From Octopus sinensis (Eukaryota), in assembly GCF_006345805.1 (NCBI RefSeq), contig NC_042998.1, forward strand, positions 109,864,001-109,928,000: a DNA stretch of 64,000 nucleotides, given 5' to 3'. The notes under the pieces were generated by a model, which made no database searches, was not told where the DNA came from, and saw only the letters and a list, made by a program, of their open reading frames with translations. Position numbers and translations under genes: made by a program. Shown piece by piece: positions 14,377-28,410 of the stretch; the first letter of the stretch is position 1; every line of letters begins with the position of its first letter.

Positions 14377-14984
14377 TATATATAATATATATCACACAAT
14401 ATTTATAAACAGACCAAAAGACTTTGTAAGTTACGGTGGGAAAGTGACTATGGAACTCTATTAGTACAATAATAACTATGATAATATATTATAATAATAA
14501 TATGTATTCTCCGATTTTAAGCGACATTTATATATAAACAAATGACTTTAAAAAAAATGAGCTAATCGTAGTCAGAATCGAACTCACATATCAACACTTA
14601 CATGGTTACATGCGCATCCGATTGGGCCAAAAGCTCACCCATCAATTTCAGCCAAATTTTTAGGTATATATACTTAAACTGTCTAATGGTACATATAATA
14701 TTTATAAACAAACCAGAAGGCTTTGTAAGTTACGGAGAGAAAGCGATTATGGAAGACTATTATATATACAAATGCACTGCTTATGCAATTAAAATTAAAC
14801 AATTCACAAGTGGTTGTTCAACTGAAGGAATGTTAGATCCTGGCAGGTAATAATAATATGTAATTATTGGTAGACTTTCTAAAATATTGATACGCATATA
14901 GGCGTGATTTTGGATAACTTTGTAGATATAAAGTTCGGTCAGACTACTCGGTATTTTGCATGCGAGTCTTCCATCCTATTCTGC

Positions 14985-15015
<31 letters not shown>

Positions 15016-15108
15016 TGTATGTATGTATGTATGTATGTATGTATGTATGTATGTAGTATGTATGTATGTATGTATACATGCATGTATATATACATATTAA
15101 TTCATATA

Positions 15109-15290
15109 TTGGGCCATCCCATAAATAACGCGGTTTTTCAATTGCATGGAGTGGGGCCGGGATAAATTACATGCACGAGTTCGTTATTTTCAAACTTTCT
15201 TTTGATTTGCAGCATACCAAATTACAAACTAAAATGTTACTGCGAAACATGAGTTTTATAAAAGCTTTATTACACACAGAAAGGCATAAA
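15109..15290 (+). mobile_element. Extra solo left end of the adjacent mariner family
   Basis: TA|TTGGGCCATCCCATAAATAACGCGGTTTTT is a diverged copy of the left end at 15293, TA|TTAGATCATCCCATAAATAATGCAGTTTTT. Confidence 0.75.
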
Positions 15291-15292
15291 TA

Positions 15293-16511
15293 TTAGATCA
15301 TCCCATAAATAATGCAGTTTTTTCAAAGTTGGTGGTGGGGATAAACTACCTGCATCAACTTGCTATAAAGCAAGTAGTAATTTTACGTTATCTTTATTCT
15401 TATTGCAAGATCTGAAGGGTGCAGTTCAATTTTAACAGTTATTTTCCAAAGTTATAATGGAATCGACAAAGCAGCATATTCGGTATATTTTGCTTTATGA
15501 GTTCAATAAAAGCAACAACGGAATGGAAAGTGCGAGGAATATAGGGATGGGACAGTATATGGGGGATCGGACAGTATATGGGGATCGGACAATAAGCATA
15601 AGGCAGTGTCAAAGGAGGTTCCAGAAATTCCGAGCCAGAAACTACAGGCTAGAAGACGAGCCTCGTCCTGGAAGATCTGTAGAGCTCGAAGAGGACGTCC
15701 GACAACCCCTGGTAGAACAAAATTCCATCGTAACTGTTGAAGAACTAGCAGAGAAGCTTGGATTTGTCATTCAACCATTTATCGATGCCTGCGTGTCATC
15801 GGAAAAGTCAGCAAATTGGGTCAATGGGTTCCTCACAAACTTTCGCGTGCAGTCAGGGAATTTGTGCTCTTCTTTGCTGTCACGTCTCACGAATGAACCT
15901 TTTTTGGAGCGAATAGTGACTGTTGACGAGAAATGAGTTCTCTATAAAAATGTCAAGCACCGAAGACAGTGGCTAAAGAAGGAAAAACGCCGGCTCCCCA
16001 GGCTAAAGAAGGTCTTGACCAACGCATGATGTTGTTATGTGTTTGGTGGGATATAAAAGATTTAGTCCACTTTGCACTTTTAAACCCAAACCAAACGATA
16101 ACAAAGATCTACCGCGAGCAGCTTCAGCGGCTTAAATCAGCGCTATAAGAAAAACGACCATTTTTGGTTTCAAAACGAAAGGTGTTCTTCCATCAGGATA
16201 ATACTTGGCCACATACAGCGAGGATGACATTCTAAAGGCCGGAGCAGTTTGAATGGTAAACGATGCCCCATCCACCATATTTGCCGGACATTGCACCATC
16301 TGATTATCATTTATTCCACAGGCTTCAAAATCATTGGGAAGGAAAAGATATGAATTCAATAGACGAAGTCAGACAGCACTGGAGGAGTATTTTTCGTCAC
16401 AGACAAGTGAATTTTGGAAGAGGAGTCTTGGGCGTTTACCAAATAGATGGAAGAGCATTATAGAAAATGAAGGAGAGTATTTTTTAAATGATAAAAAAAG
16501 GGATGACCCAA
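15293..16511 (+). mobile_element. Mariner (D,D34D) DNA transposon, ~1.2 kb, non-functional
   Basis: Short TIRs (left TTAGATCATCCC, right GGGATGACCCAA) are flanked by TA, and the element contains a transposase pseudogene. Confidence 0.93.
15457..16492 (+). pseudogene. Mariner transposase pseudogene
   Basis: Motifs EDEPRPGRS, IVTVDEK, LCVWWD, FHQDN and PHPPYLPDIAPSDYHLF, with 34 residues between the second and third D. Contains stops and frameshifts. Confidence 0.93.
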
Positions 16512-17263
16512 TATATAGATACATATACATATCTGTGAACATATATATCTTTATATATGTATGCATATGTGTGATTGTGTAGGAATAAAGGTACGTGGTT
16601 TACGTCTATTCTTCTTGCACGTCTTATGATTCCACTAACTATGCGTGTTCTGAAAACTGTTTGTTTCTTAATAGTATGTCCAGGAGGAATAAGTTTTAGC
16701 AATATAAATAATTATAATATAAATCATTGTAGTTTATCGAAGTGACAGCAATGGAAGCTTTGCAACCCTGTTGTACCTAGAGAATGTTAGCTTCGAAAAT
16801 TACACATATCTACTATAATTTCAGAAAAAGTTAATGGAACTCCTAGTAATTTTTTTTCTGAGCTGCTTCTGCTTTCAGAGGTGTAAAAATGTCTACAGCG
16901 CATAATAATTACATAAAACACTGTACTGTAATATTTAAAAGAATGATGGTTGATATCGTAATTTCCATAAAGAATCTCATTATCATAAACATGCAATATC
17001 TCTAGCTTTTATATAGCGTGATCTTCTTTCAGTAACTGTTTCTTCTTTTAATGACAATTGCTATTCTCTCGGAAAATGTATTCCATATACATGACTTTAG
17101 ACCCCTAGCTTAAATCCTGTCAATATTTATTATATTATAGAAAGTTATGCAAGTAACCTGTATCAAACTTTCAGGAAAGTAACTTCTACACTGAAGAAGG
17201 TGGTTATGAGAACTAACATTTTTCTCTCTCTATCTGGCTCTACCTTTCTCTCTCGTTTTTTTT

Positions 17264-17346
<83 letters not shown>

Positions 17347-17506
17347 ACATACATACATACATACATACATACATACATACATAAATTCATGCATATATGT
17401 GAGTGTGTATGTGTCTGTGTTTGTGAGTGTGCACGTATGTATATGTACGTATGTGTGAGTATGTTTATATATGTATTTGCATATCCATCGATCGATCCAT
17501 ACATTC

Positions 17507-17579
<73 letters not shown>

Positions 17580-17588
17580 CCTATCTAA

Positions 17589-17648
<60 letters not shown>

Positions 17649-18479
17649 ACATACATACATACATATGTATGTGTGTGTGTGTGTGTGTGTGTGTATGTGA
17701 TTTATTTCTTTATTTGCAGCACACCTGCGGCTATAGGTACAATGAAATATATATCTACTGTATATATAAGAGATAAATTACCCTCTCATAAAATAGTATA
17801 GATACAAGCCATCCACATCAGTCCAATTACTCAAGTTTAAATTGATACTGCTACTTGTAAGGTTCACTTGTTGGGTAGTTTCTCGTTCCCACTCAGGACT
17901 GCAAATATTCCGTAGAGTATATAACTGAAAGCCAAGAGAAGAGTGGATATTTATTCACATCCAAAACTTTTTTATTAAAAATGTTTTCTACAGCATCTAT
18001 ATCAAGGACCAACATATGTTTCTACTGCAGCAACTACACATTGCTCTGTATGCAATCATGCATCTTAGTCACTGCAATTTCATGAAAGGTCCATCACTTA
18101 CGACGTTTTCAAAGTGAACTAGTTCAAACAAGCTTCCTGCGTTGGTACTCAGTTGAAGGTGACAGCGTTACTTTTAAATCGAATTGAATTCTGGTCTTAT
18201 AATCAGCTCTACTAGTATTACAATTAAATCAGAGTTTTAAAATGCTTATATATATATATATATTATAATTAATTGTAGCAGTTTTGTTTACATTTTACGG
18301 TATGGAGTACAGTATTCAGAGGTATTTCACTTATTTGGGGTTTATACTCTCAATTAATATTATTGTTATTATTATTATTATAATAATTATATTTATTAGT
18401 ATCATTTGCATAAATATCATTAATTACCACAATCGTTATTTTAACTAGTATAATTGCTATAGATGGTAAGTTATGTTCC

Positions 18480-19370
18480 TGTTTAGTGTTTATTAGAATA
18501 TATTTTCAAGTGAAAATTTCGTACATTACTTTCACACAAATGTCACGCTTAATATCAACTATTCTATAAGGTTTTGCTTTACTAATCATTTCCCAAGCAA
18601 CTGAAAATACTTTGTTACTATCTTTTAGTGTCCAAATTAGCTTACTAAAGCTGGTAGTATTCATTTAGTCCCTATTTCTAAACGAACTTAAAGGGTTGGC
18701 AATTCTCTGCTTAATATAACATGAGCTAGCACCTACATAGAAATACTCTCTATTCTCTGAGGCAATATTACATCTGTATATGATATTCTTATGCTTACAA
18801 TTAGAGTTAAGAGGACAGACCCTGTTCCTTGCGCAATCGCATTTAATACTACTACTTCTATTACTAGTATATTACTAGTACTCACTTCACCTATTCTAGA
18901 TGTGATTTCTATCGTCTCCTGTCTATCTTCTAAGCTACTAGTCCTTTCCACATAGACAGCATTCTGAGTACTTTGGTTTTTAGGATTCACATCTACAACT
19001 TCCAGGTTAATTTGGAGTTCCCTCGGGTCTCTTCAGTATCATTGGTTGTCAAATCATAGTTCCTATCCTGATACCTAGTTGTGTTACTTATAGTTTGTCA
19101 GCTGATGTTGACATTGTTGCTATATATTGAGCTATAATTATAATTCTGGTAACTATTATTGTTATTGTTCATATGGAAACTGTTAAATTTTCCATTGCGT
19201 GCTGCTAGAATTTGTTCTAGATATTTTACTACTACAGAAAGCTAATGCAATGGTATGTTTAATAAAACTTCTATAGCATTAACTGTCTTTTGGAAAATGT
19301 TTAGTTAATGCCGAATAAAGTAATTTTGGTATGTTGGAAACTACTTATTTTCCGAAGGGAATTATATATC
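18480..19370 (-). pseudogene. Penelope-like element remnant (linker, Cys/Zn motif and GIY-YIG endonuclease)
   Basis: Minus frames give YIIPFGK*VVSNIPKLLYSALTKHFP, then IKCDCARNRVCPLNSNCKHKNIIYRCNIASENREYFYVGASSCYIKQRIANPLSSFRNRD*MNTTSFSKLIWTLKDSNKVFSVAWEMISKAKPY. This matches the PLE endonuclease pattern. Confidence 0.88.
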
Positions 19371-22354
19371 ATCCGATATAGCTAGAGGTATCCATGTTAC
19401 TGAGGTATATATTTCCATTTCTACCTAAGCTTTTTCTAAAAGTGTGTATCTATTTATCTGTTTTTTACGGCATTGGGTTTGTTTGCTATTATACTTGACA
19501 TATTTGTCAATTATTTGTATATTAATATTTATAGGGATTATGTATTGTTTTACCTACCCTATCTGAATGGGACCGCTTAGTAGGTTCATTCATATCTAAG
19601 CCACTTTGTACTTTATTTGGCACACAGTTAAGTAAATTGTACACTTTTTTTGTTGTTAGGTACTCTATTGTTATGTTCTAATTGCACAAATGTCTTATCT
19701 TTGACTTTTCTTACTGTCTGTTCTTTTTGCTTAGTGGCGTTCTTCATACTATGCATACTATTATGATTATTGTCAGTATGGTCCATCCTGCTACTTATAT
19801 CATTCATACAACTATAACTACCATTAAAAAATTTAATTTTCTCTCTCTGTCTCTCTGTCTCTCTAAACTTTGATAACTTTGATAGGTTTCGGCCAGTATA
19901 GGCCCAGGCCATATCACATATGGGGCACCATGGCCCACTCTAGCAAAGAGTTATTATTGCTGGAGACATATCCGAGTGTAGGAAGTTGATCCAGGATATT
20001 TTGAAGAAATTTGTCCAGTGATCATTTGAATTTTATGGGATCTTCTTTAACGTAGCATTTAAGGTTAGAAAGTACAAACTAGATAATGTAGGCAACCTTA
20101 TATCCAGAAAAAAGTAAAAGACTGAGTAGCAACAAGTGGGATGAAACTAAACGGCCAGATTAACGACTATTTAGAAAACATTATTTGAATATTATTGCCT
20201 TTCTAACTGGGCATCATGACAATATTTTATTATTGGTCGTATTCTTCAAGAGATATATGCGGAATTCATGTATTTTCCAAGGAAATTAGGTGCTGAAACA
20301 AAATGAAATATCTACGACCGAAAACAAAAACCTCATTGTGTTCGATATCTTACATAAATGTGAATATATCTTAGGGTGAAAATACAAGGACAGTAGAATT
20401 TTGTGAATTTGTTTTCAATAAGTCTACAATATGAAATGACATCATATCTAATTGATTAATTGGCAAAGAAACGTTTAATGATGAACAATGACACGAAGTT
20501 AAATAGAAGATAAAAATAGAGAAGAGTTAGACATTGAAAATACTAATTTTCGGAACTCTGCATTCAGTTTCAGGCATATAATTTATAATTAATTTTAGAT
20601 TTTGAAAATACGTTGCATTTTCATTCGGAGAAAATCAAATCAGTACATAGAGAAAATATAATTCAATTTATTAAAGTATAAATCTATATATTAAAATATA
20701 TAGTTTCGTATTGGCTTCAAATACTTTGATAACTTAATGTTTCAATATGAAATTTATGACTTTATCAGTAACGTTGTTTGCGAGATTATATAGCTGTCCA
20801 GTCTTTAATATAAAGTTAGTTAACGCAATAATCTCAATAGTACACAAGAACATTTAACCACTTGTCACTTTAGAAATAGTTTCACCTCTTAAATCTTTCA
20901 TCATTTGAAAGCGGGAATATTTTATTTGAGAACAGATCATGAGATCACTTAAAAATTATCAGATATTACATTCTTAATAACGCTGTTTTAATACCATTGG
21001 TTACATCATAACTTGCAGCTCGCAACCATTTGATCACACACTTACTCTATGAAAAGAACTAAAAGTTTCGTTAGGAATTACACTACTTTCTTTGAAATTA
21101 TAAATTCATGTAACCGAAAAAATATTTCCCTGATGCCAGATTGCTAACCTGAATACTCAATTAAAAGAGAATGAGTCACATTGGAGTCACATGCGCCAGA
21201 AAGAAACAGAATTCATAAACAGCCACAATAACCCGCACATCATTTTGGAACCGTAATTGTTTCAGTATTTAATTGAAATATTGGTTTTTAGCAAGTTTGT
21301 ATTTTATCAACAGTGGAAGGACTAATATGCTAAAAGTGACGACTAACATGTTTTGAATTCAAAGCAGTGTGTAATAAATCGTGTCCATCCAAATGTAGGC
21401 AGCCCATCTGCTTGAGAAACATTTCCTAACCCCAACACTACAGCGTGTGGCCTACATACATGCTGTTCTTTTATTCTGCTTAATCTAATCTATCGTGGCC
21501 AAAATATCCTCTGAAACAGGATCTTGCATACCAACATTAATTTATCCTCTCGTTACTCTATCTGTCCGTGGCACCCTTATTGCATTTAACTCCACTTTGT
21601 TTACTCTTTCTTTTCAAGGGCGCCAGCATTTATCCTGCAGACATGGAGGGGGACATGAACTTTATCTCATCCAACCTATGAGTACTAAAATATGAAGACT
21701 GGTACTGTTTCTTTTCCATCTGACTAACATATAATAATAAAATGATGTTTGGCATTACTTATTCTACCGTTGAAAATGTACAATATTCGGAATGCTGAAA
21801 TTGTCACTTAATCCTAGGTAAATTCTGATTGAAAAGGTCTCTGATCAACGTTACTTCAGCTCAACATCTCTGTTATGAATTTGTAGATTAGCATTTTATA
21901 TGTGCTTCTCATCGTTTAAGACTGTAGGGTGTGAATTGTGGTAGATTCGGCTACCATTTGCAGCTGGCCTAAAAGGTCAAGCGTGCGTATAAAACCAGCT
22001 TTCACTGTTTCAATGCTGAACTATCCTTTTCACAGAACTATGATCGGTAAATATGGCAGCACGTACAGATATTAGTTTTATCAAAGACTGTCATAATAAT
22101 GAAGCACTTACCATATTCCCCTTTAACTTGCTGCATCATTTTCAATTTTCTTTATGAAGCATTTTTATAACATTTCTTGGAAATAACATTTCATGACAAA
22201 TTAATTGAGCTGGAAAAATTGTATTATTTCTCTTTTCTTTTCCTATTTCCATTGAATTATTTCTCCAAAACTAAGCAACAACACTATGATATAGAATATA
22301 GTAGATAGTAACGATGATAGTGGAAGTAGCAGTGGCGATGGTAGTGGTGTTGGC

Positions 22355-22395
<41 letters not shown>

Positions 22396-23175
22396 GGATG
22401 ATGATGATGATGATAAAAAAAGCGTGAATTGAGCGCTGAATGAAATTAATGAATAAAGAAGGAGTGTTCTAATGATTTAAGGAAGTATCACGAAATAATC
22501 ACACGCGCATCACCAAAATAAGCCAGATAATATTTTTTTCTCTTTCTATGTCGAAACGTTAAAGTAGCATACTATAGAAATTAGTTAAACACGTTAATTT
22601 GATAGTCAACTGCTAGTAGAGTTATTTGTCTGCTATTTTGGTATTGAATTTTTATTACACTCACTTTTATTTCAATTTTATAGTTCGATATGAAATATCA
22701 TGAACCACTCCTATACTTTAGATTTTTTTATTAACCCTCACCACCTACCGTGTTTTCACACCTTACTTGACTATTTGTTTCTTGTTTCTGCCCGTTTCTC
22801 TTTTAATATAGCCGTTTTCTAGTCTAATTTGCATTTTGTTTTCATTTAAGTGTTAATTTTGGCTTCTAATTTTCTCACTTTTTTTCTCAAAACGAACCCA
22901 GTTTCTGTGTTTATGATTATGATTCACATATCCCTTCAATGGGAATATTGTTATTGAGGAGACAATGAGATTACCATTACGTAGCTGTTCTATCTGCTAA
23001 AAAAACAGCAACAATCTATTGATTCCAGTGGGATGACAAATCGAAGTGGAAAACAACATCGGTGGAATTTCAATAGAAGGGAGAGACAGACGACCAAATC
23101 ACCTAACATTGAACTATGGAATTCTTACATATAATGGCCGAAAAAGGGAGGACGGCCCCTCCTGGGAGACCGTTT

Positions 23176-23241
<66 letters not shown>

Positions 23242-23256
23242 CACCACCACCGCCGC
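23176..23256. repeat. (CTA)n(CCA)n trinucleotide microsatellite
   Basis: Directly visible in the sequence. Confidence 0.9.
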
Positions 23257-24896
23257 TGCTATGGCTGCTTCTACGACTGTGGTTGCTGGACTGTTTTGTC
23301 AAGGGATTTCTATATAGTTGTCGTATCTAGTAGAAATAACAGCCAAATATCTTTCAAATTTCCTACATACACGTTAAAAAAGACGGATGGTTATATCTTA
23401 AATTTGTGAAACAAAGAAAGGAGAATTTTACTTCGTGTTAAAAAAGAGGAAGGTGTATGTTCCAAATTTCTCAAATAATTTTACTTTTCGGTATGTCCGT
23501 TTGAGAAAAACTACGCTATGGGTTATAAGGACATTAGGGAACATGTATTCGTAACTAATATTAATATATTTCATCATATATAATGTACGGTTATACTGAA
23601 TCATAGAGAATTGTAGAGGTGGTAAGGGAACTATAACACGGCATGGCAGGGGCGCTATAGTAAAGTGTTATCATGAGATAATGCTTCTGTACTGGTACAT
23701 GTTTTCAATTTAAAAAAAATTCTTCTCCAAATTATGAATCAGAAAATATTAAAGACATAATTGTATAGCAATTTAGGATATAGAACCTTGCCTGGTCTTT
23801 TGTTAGATGACTCACTAATACTGTGGTGATACAGAAAAAAATACATGATCTATATTTCGTAAAGGAGATGCCGTGAGAAATAGATATATAATTGTATATA
23901 ATGGTAGAACAGATGAGAGTTAATACTTTCATATTTCTGGACAATATATTTGAATAGCACAGTGTGATATATTAATAGAACAATACCGTTAGCTGATATT
24001 TTGTTTGTATTTGTTTCGTATGAAAATCCAAATGACATAACAATAATTATATAAAAAAAAAGAGTACAGAATAATTTAGGTATTGTTTCTCAAAATATCT
24101 CTTAAAGGAAAATAGTAATTTAAAAAAATAGTAATTTTTAAAAATAAAAATTCCAGTTACACATACTGGGGTTGTCGTGAAGCTTGAACAACTTACTCAT
24201 AAAATCAAACAAAACAAAACATTTAAAACACCATAGTTTTTATTGTTTGTTTGCCAGCAGGAAATCTTTCGACGATTTTAGACCCTAGAAAAAGTTCTCT
24301 TTTATACGAGAAAGGAAAGTGCGAATAAACAAAGAAGATAATATCTCGTGTTTGGTGCCCATAGCAGTGAGATAATATTCGTGCAAGGATTGTTCAATTT
24401 TTAATTCTTGTCGAGATTTAGCTATCCTGGCGTTGTTCAGTTTTAGTTTTAGCTTCTCGATTTTTTTCTATTCTAATATACCTTCTAACATATTCCTTAC
24501 ATGTTCCTTTTCTTTTTATATTCTGTGATTTTGTTTTGTTTCTATGTTCATCTTTCCTCTTGATACTTTCAATATGGCTTTCATTTTATGTTTTTTATTA
24601 TTACACCTCCGATGTTCTGAATCTGTTTCCAACATTTTCAAATTTCATTCACACGCATTTATAGTTAAATTACATTTTATATTATGTTCACATTAAACAC
24701 ACGTACTCAGTCATATACTCACACAAATACACGAACACGCTTGTGCACACATATGAATTTATAAATGCGAAAATATATGCATTTATTTATATTTTGCTAG
24801 ATATATGCATGTAAGATACACACATGTGTATGTATGTATGTATGTATGTATGTATGTATGTATGTATGTATGTATGTATGTATGTATGTATATATA

Positions 24897-24942
<46 letters not shown>

Positions 24943-26836
24943 TTATATATACGATACTATATCCAATATGTTAGTTTGAAATTATCTTTTTATGAACTAT
25001 GGTGCTGCAGAAGAGGTTGACATGCTAAATAATGTAAAATATTGCTAGGAGTATAAATGATACTAAAAATACTGAACGTATTCACTCCAATAAAAAGTTA
25101 ATTCCCTGAACATGACAATAAAATAATATATTTGCTATTTAAAAAAATAAAGTTTCAATTTTTTTTCTCAAGGACCATACGAAAAAATGCATGTTGCCAA
25201 TTTTGTAGACAATTTCACAGCTAATATCAATTTTTTGCGCACGGATACTGGTAAAAGAGAGAGAATATTATTTCAGAATCTACAGTCATTGAAACAAGAT
25301 TATATGTTACCATAAATTTCTGCAGCTATGAAGTGAGCCAAAGTGGGAGTCTCTACGTGGTTATTCGACTGGCTTGAAGTATCAACCAGACCTTTAACAT
25401 TTTACACTCTACTTACTTAAAATGAGAAGGATACATCAGACAATGTGGTCATGCACACCTCTAAATACACGGAATGGTTATAACTAGAATTTATTTGACC
25501 AGTGGGGGGCTGCTAGATTTTATTTTTAATATTTGTATTGATATTCGTCTCTCACATCCTGCATTTATATCAATATATGTATATTAGATCACGTCAGTTT
25601 AGTTCTATAGGTTACCCGTAACAAGGACTTGCCGAGCAGCAAGAGCGGTTAGTAATCGTTGCAAATAACATGGAAGTAAACAAGAGTGAAAAATCAACAT
25701 TCGTTTTTACGATCTCGGCTAAAATCTGAAATAGAAATATAGCGTTAGCTGTACTTACCCACAAATATCCACAAAAATATAACTAAAAAAATGTGCTAGC
25801 ATTAAATCAGAGTATGTACTTAGTACGATGAAGTTGCTGACCACATCACATTTTGCTGCCCAGTATCTACTGAATCAGAATGTATATGATCTAGTCAGCA
25901 ACTTCGTCAAGTAGGCAATAGTTTTCAAGCGAAAACGAATATTAATAAGTGATATGAACGCGAACCAAATACGGAATATTGCAAGTTTTTGCCTACAATC
26001 ATCCTGGCTATGCCTGCGGAAAATAAAAAGGAAATGAACATGGAGACAGACTACCCAAATTAAATAAGAAAAGTTTGCACGCTGATAGTTACTTCGATTC
26101 TTGCTGGCCAAAATATCCGAAACAAAGTGAAGAAACTATCGAAGTACAAGCGTATTGAGACTGAAATACACAAAATATAGGTTACGAAATTAAAAGCACC
26201 ATGGAAAAAATATGAACGATGTATACAAAATATAATTGAAAAAAACCCCAAAACAACTGAACCCTGCCAGGCACAAAGCGAATCTTGCGCAAAGAAATTT
26301 TATCAATATCACAAATGTGTTGCATGCAGTGAGAGTGTAACAAGCTGCACACTCAATGAATGCAACATATTCCTTGTTAAATATTCACACAAATCAAATA
26401 TCCAGCAAATAACCCAGTCAAATAACGCAATGCGTACTTTTACATTACCAATACCCGACAGTGTAATACCAACAACGCAAAACACTTCCATTGTACACAG
26501 CCACCGCTCATAAATATTACACACCCCAGCTATTATAAAATCTACATGATCCCCGTCCAACAGAAAAAAGTCATAATTACACATGCATTACACCACAAAC
26601 ACCGACCAACAATAATCCATGAAGCACGCTGAACATATTATACACAACAATGCAAAACTGATATAGTAAACAAGCACAATTCTACAATCCCAAAACTATA
26701 CAGCACAATGATAGTGGTGGTGATGATGATGAATAGGGCAGTGATGGTTCTGGTGGTAGTGTTGGTGGTGGTGGTGATGATGAGGATGACGATTGTAGTA
26801 GCGATGGTAGTAGAAGTGATGATGATGATGATGGTG

Positions 26837-26926
26837 GTGGTGATGGTTGTGGTAGTGGTGATGGTTGTGGTAGTGGTGATGGTTGTGGTAGTGGTGATGG
26901 TTGTGGTAGTGGTGATGGTTGTGGTA
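26837..26926. repeat. 18-bp minisatellite, 5 units (GTGGTGATGGTTGTGGTA), in a GAT/GGT-rich tract
   Basis: Five perfect tandem units. Confidence 0.9.
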
Positions 26927-27299
26927 GTGGTCGGATAATGATGGTCATTATAGTCTTGGTTGCTGTGGTTGTAGCAAATTTTACTTAATTATTGTCTTAA
27001 ATTTACCATTTTACAACGGCTGAATATTTCTTTTCTACACCAAGCAACGTGAATATTTGAGCGATATATGTCATCTATATTTATATATTATGCAGCAATG
27101 CTTTCCCCACAAAACAACCGATTCGTTATTATATCAGTTTCCCCGTGAGTACGTTTGTATGCAGCAACAAGTACTCACATACACAAACACCGTGTCACAC
27201 AACCAAAACATACACACCCACTCATGAATATGAGCACGCGCACACACACATACACACACATATATACATATACATATATATACATATACATATATAAAT

Positions 27300-27545
27300 C
27301 ATCTTTTATCTTTTATCTTCTACTTGTTTCTACTGTGACCATGCTGCGGCACTGCCTTGGTGGGATTTTAGTCGAACAAATCGGCCTCAAGATTATTTTT
27401 ATTTAAAGCCTGATATTTATTCTATAGGTTCGTTTTCTGAACCGTTAATTACGGGGACGTAAACGCACTAACACTGGTTAAGCAGTGGTGGAGTACAAAC
27501 ACAGACACAAAGACACACACATACATACTCACATACACACACATA
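27300..27545 (-). mobile_element. 3' half of an abundant CORE-type SINE
   Basis: Matches the 3' half of the 29.7-kb copy and the 28.1-kb tail (CCAGCATGGCC/GCAGCATGGTC motif, TTACGGGGACGTAAAC, CAAACACAGACAC). Confidence 0.65.
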
Positions 27546-27549
27546 CATA

Positions 27550-27699
27550 CATGTAGTTGAAATTTGCAGAAAAACAAAAGACGAAGTGGAGTGCATAAAT
27601 AACAAGCAGGTGTATTAATTTCACGCTCAGGAAGATGAGAAAGTCCTTTACGTTTCAAGCCGACGCTCTTCAACAGAAAGGAACACGAGGAAATAAACA

Positions 27700-27700
<1 letters not shown>
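27550..27700 (-). mobile_element. PLE pLTR-like fragment with degenerate minimal hammerhead
   Basis: Minus strand reads CCTTT CTGTTGA A GAGC GTCG GCTT GAAAC GTA AAGG, then TTCCTGAGCGT as in the 36.4 and 49.5 kb copies. Abuts (TA)n. Confidence 0.65.
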
Positions 27701-27753
<53 letters not shown>

Positions 27754-28119
27754 GGTGAGTTTGAACACAGAAAAAGTAATTTGATTTTTATAATAGTCAG
27801 TTTCATATCGCTTACGTATGTTTCAATTTCTTACCTTCATTCATATTTTGCAATCAAGATTGCATTATGCATTTAAAAGGTGAAAGTCTCATCAGGGCAA
27901 AAATTAACAAAAATTAATTCCCACACTAATGGATGGAGGGTTGCTTACCAAGTATAATAGCAGCATGCGTTTGTGTGTTTATGTTAGCATATGTCTTTCG
28001 GATTGATTTCTAAAAATAGCCTACATATATATATGTATATGTATGTATATAGTATGTATATATGCATACATATATTATATATATATATATATTATATATA
28101 TTATATAAATATTATATAA

Positions 28120-28172
28120 ATGGCGGTGCCCCAGCATGGCCACAGCTCATGAGCTGAAACTAGATAAAATGC
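28120..28172 (+). mobile_element. SINE 3' tail stub
   Basis: GGCGGTGCCCCAGCATGGCCACAGCTC...GAAACTAGATAAAA, similar to the end of the 29.7-kb SINE. Confidence 0.6.
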
Positions 28173-28248
28173 AAATGATATATATGTATGTATGTATATA
28201 TATATATATGTATGTATGTATGTATGTGTGTATGTATGTATGTATGTA

Positions 28249-28302
<54 letters not shown>

Positions 28303-28315
28303 GTTATATGCATAC

Positions 28316-28357
<42 letters not shown>

Positions 28358-28374
28358 ATATATAGATACATACA

Positions 28375-28410
<36 letters not shown>

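Noticed and set aside
18733-18990. 85-aa minus ORF with a superficial cadherin-repeat look (also KVLDVNKYP near 17950)
   Set aside because: It lacks DRE/DxNDN motifs, and an overlapping frame carries clear Penelope GIY-YIG motifs that explain the region.
26682-26948. PQPSPL-repeat proline-rich ORF
   Set aside because: It is the product of an 18-bp minisatellite in GAT/GGT repeats, with no splice or homology support.
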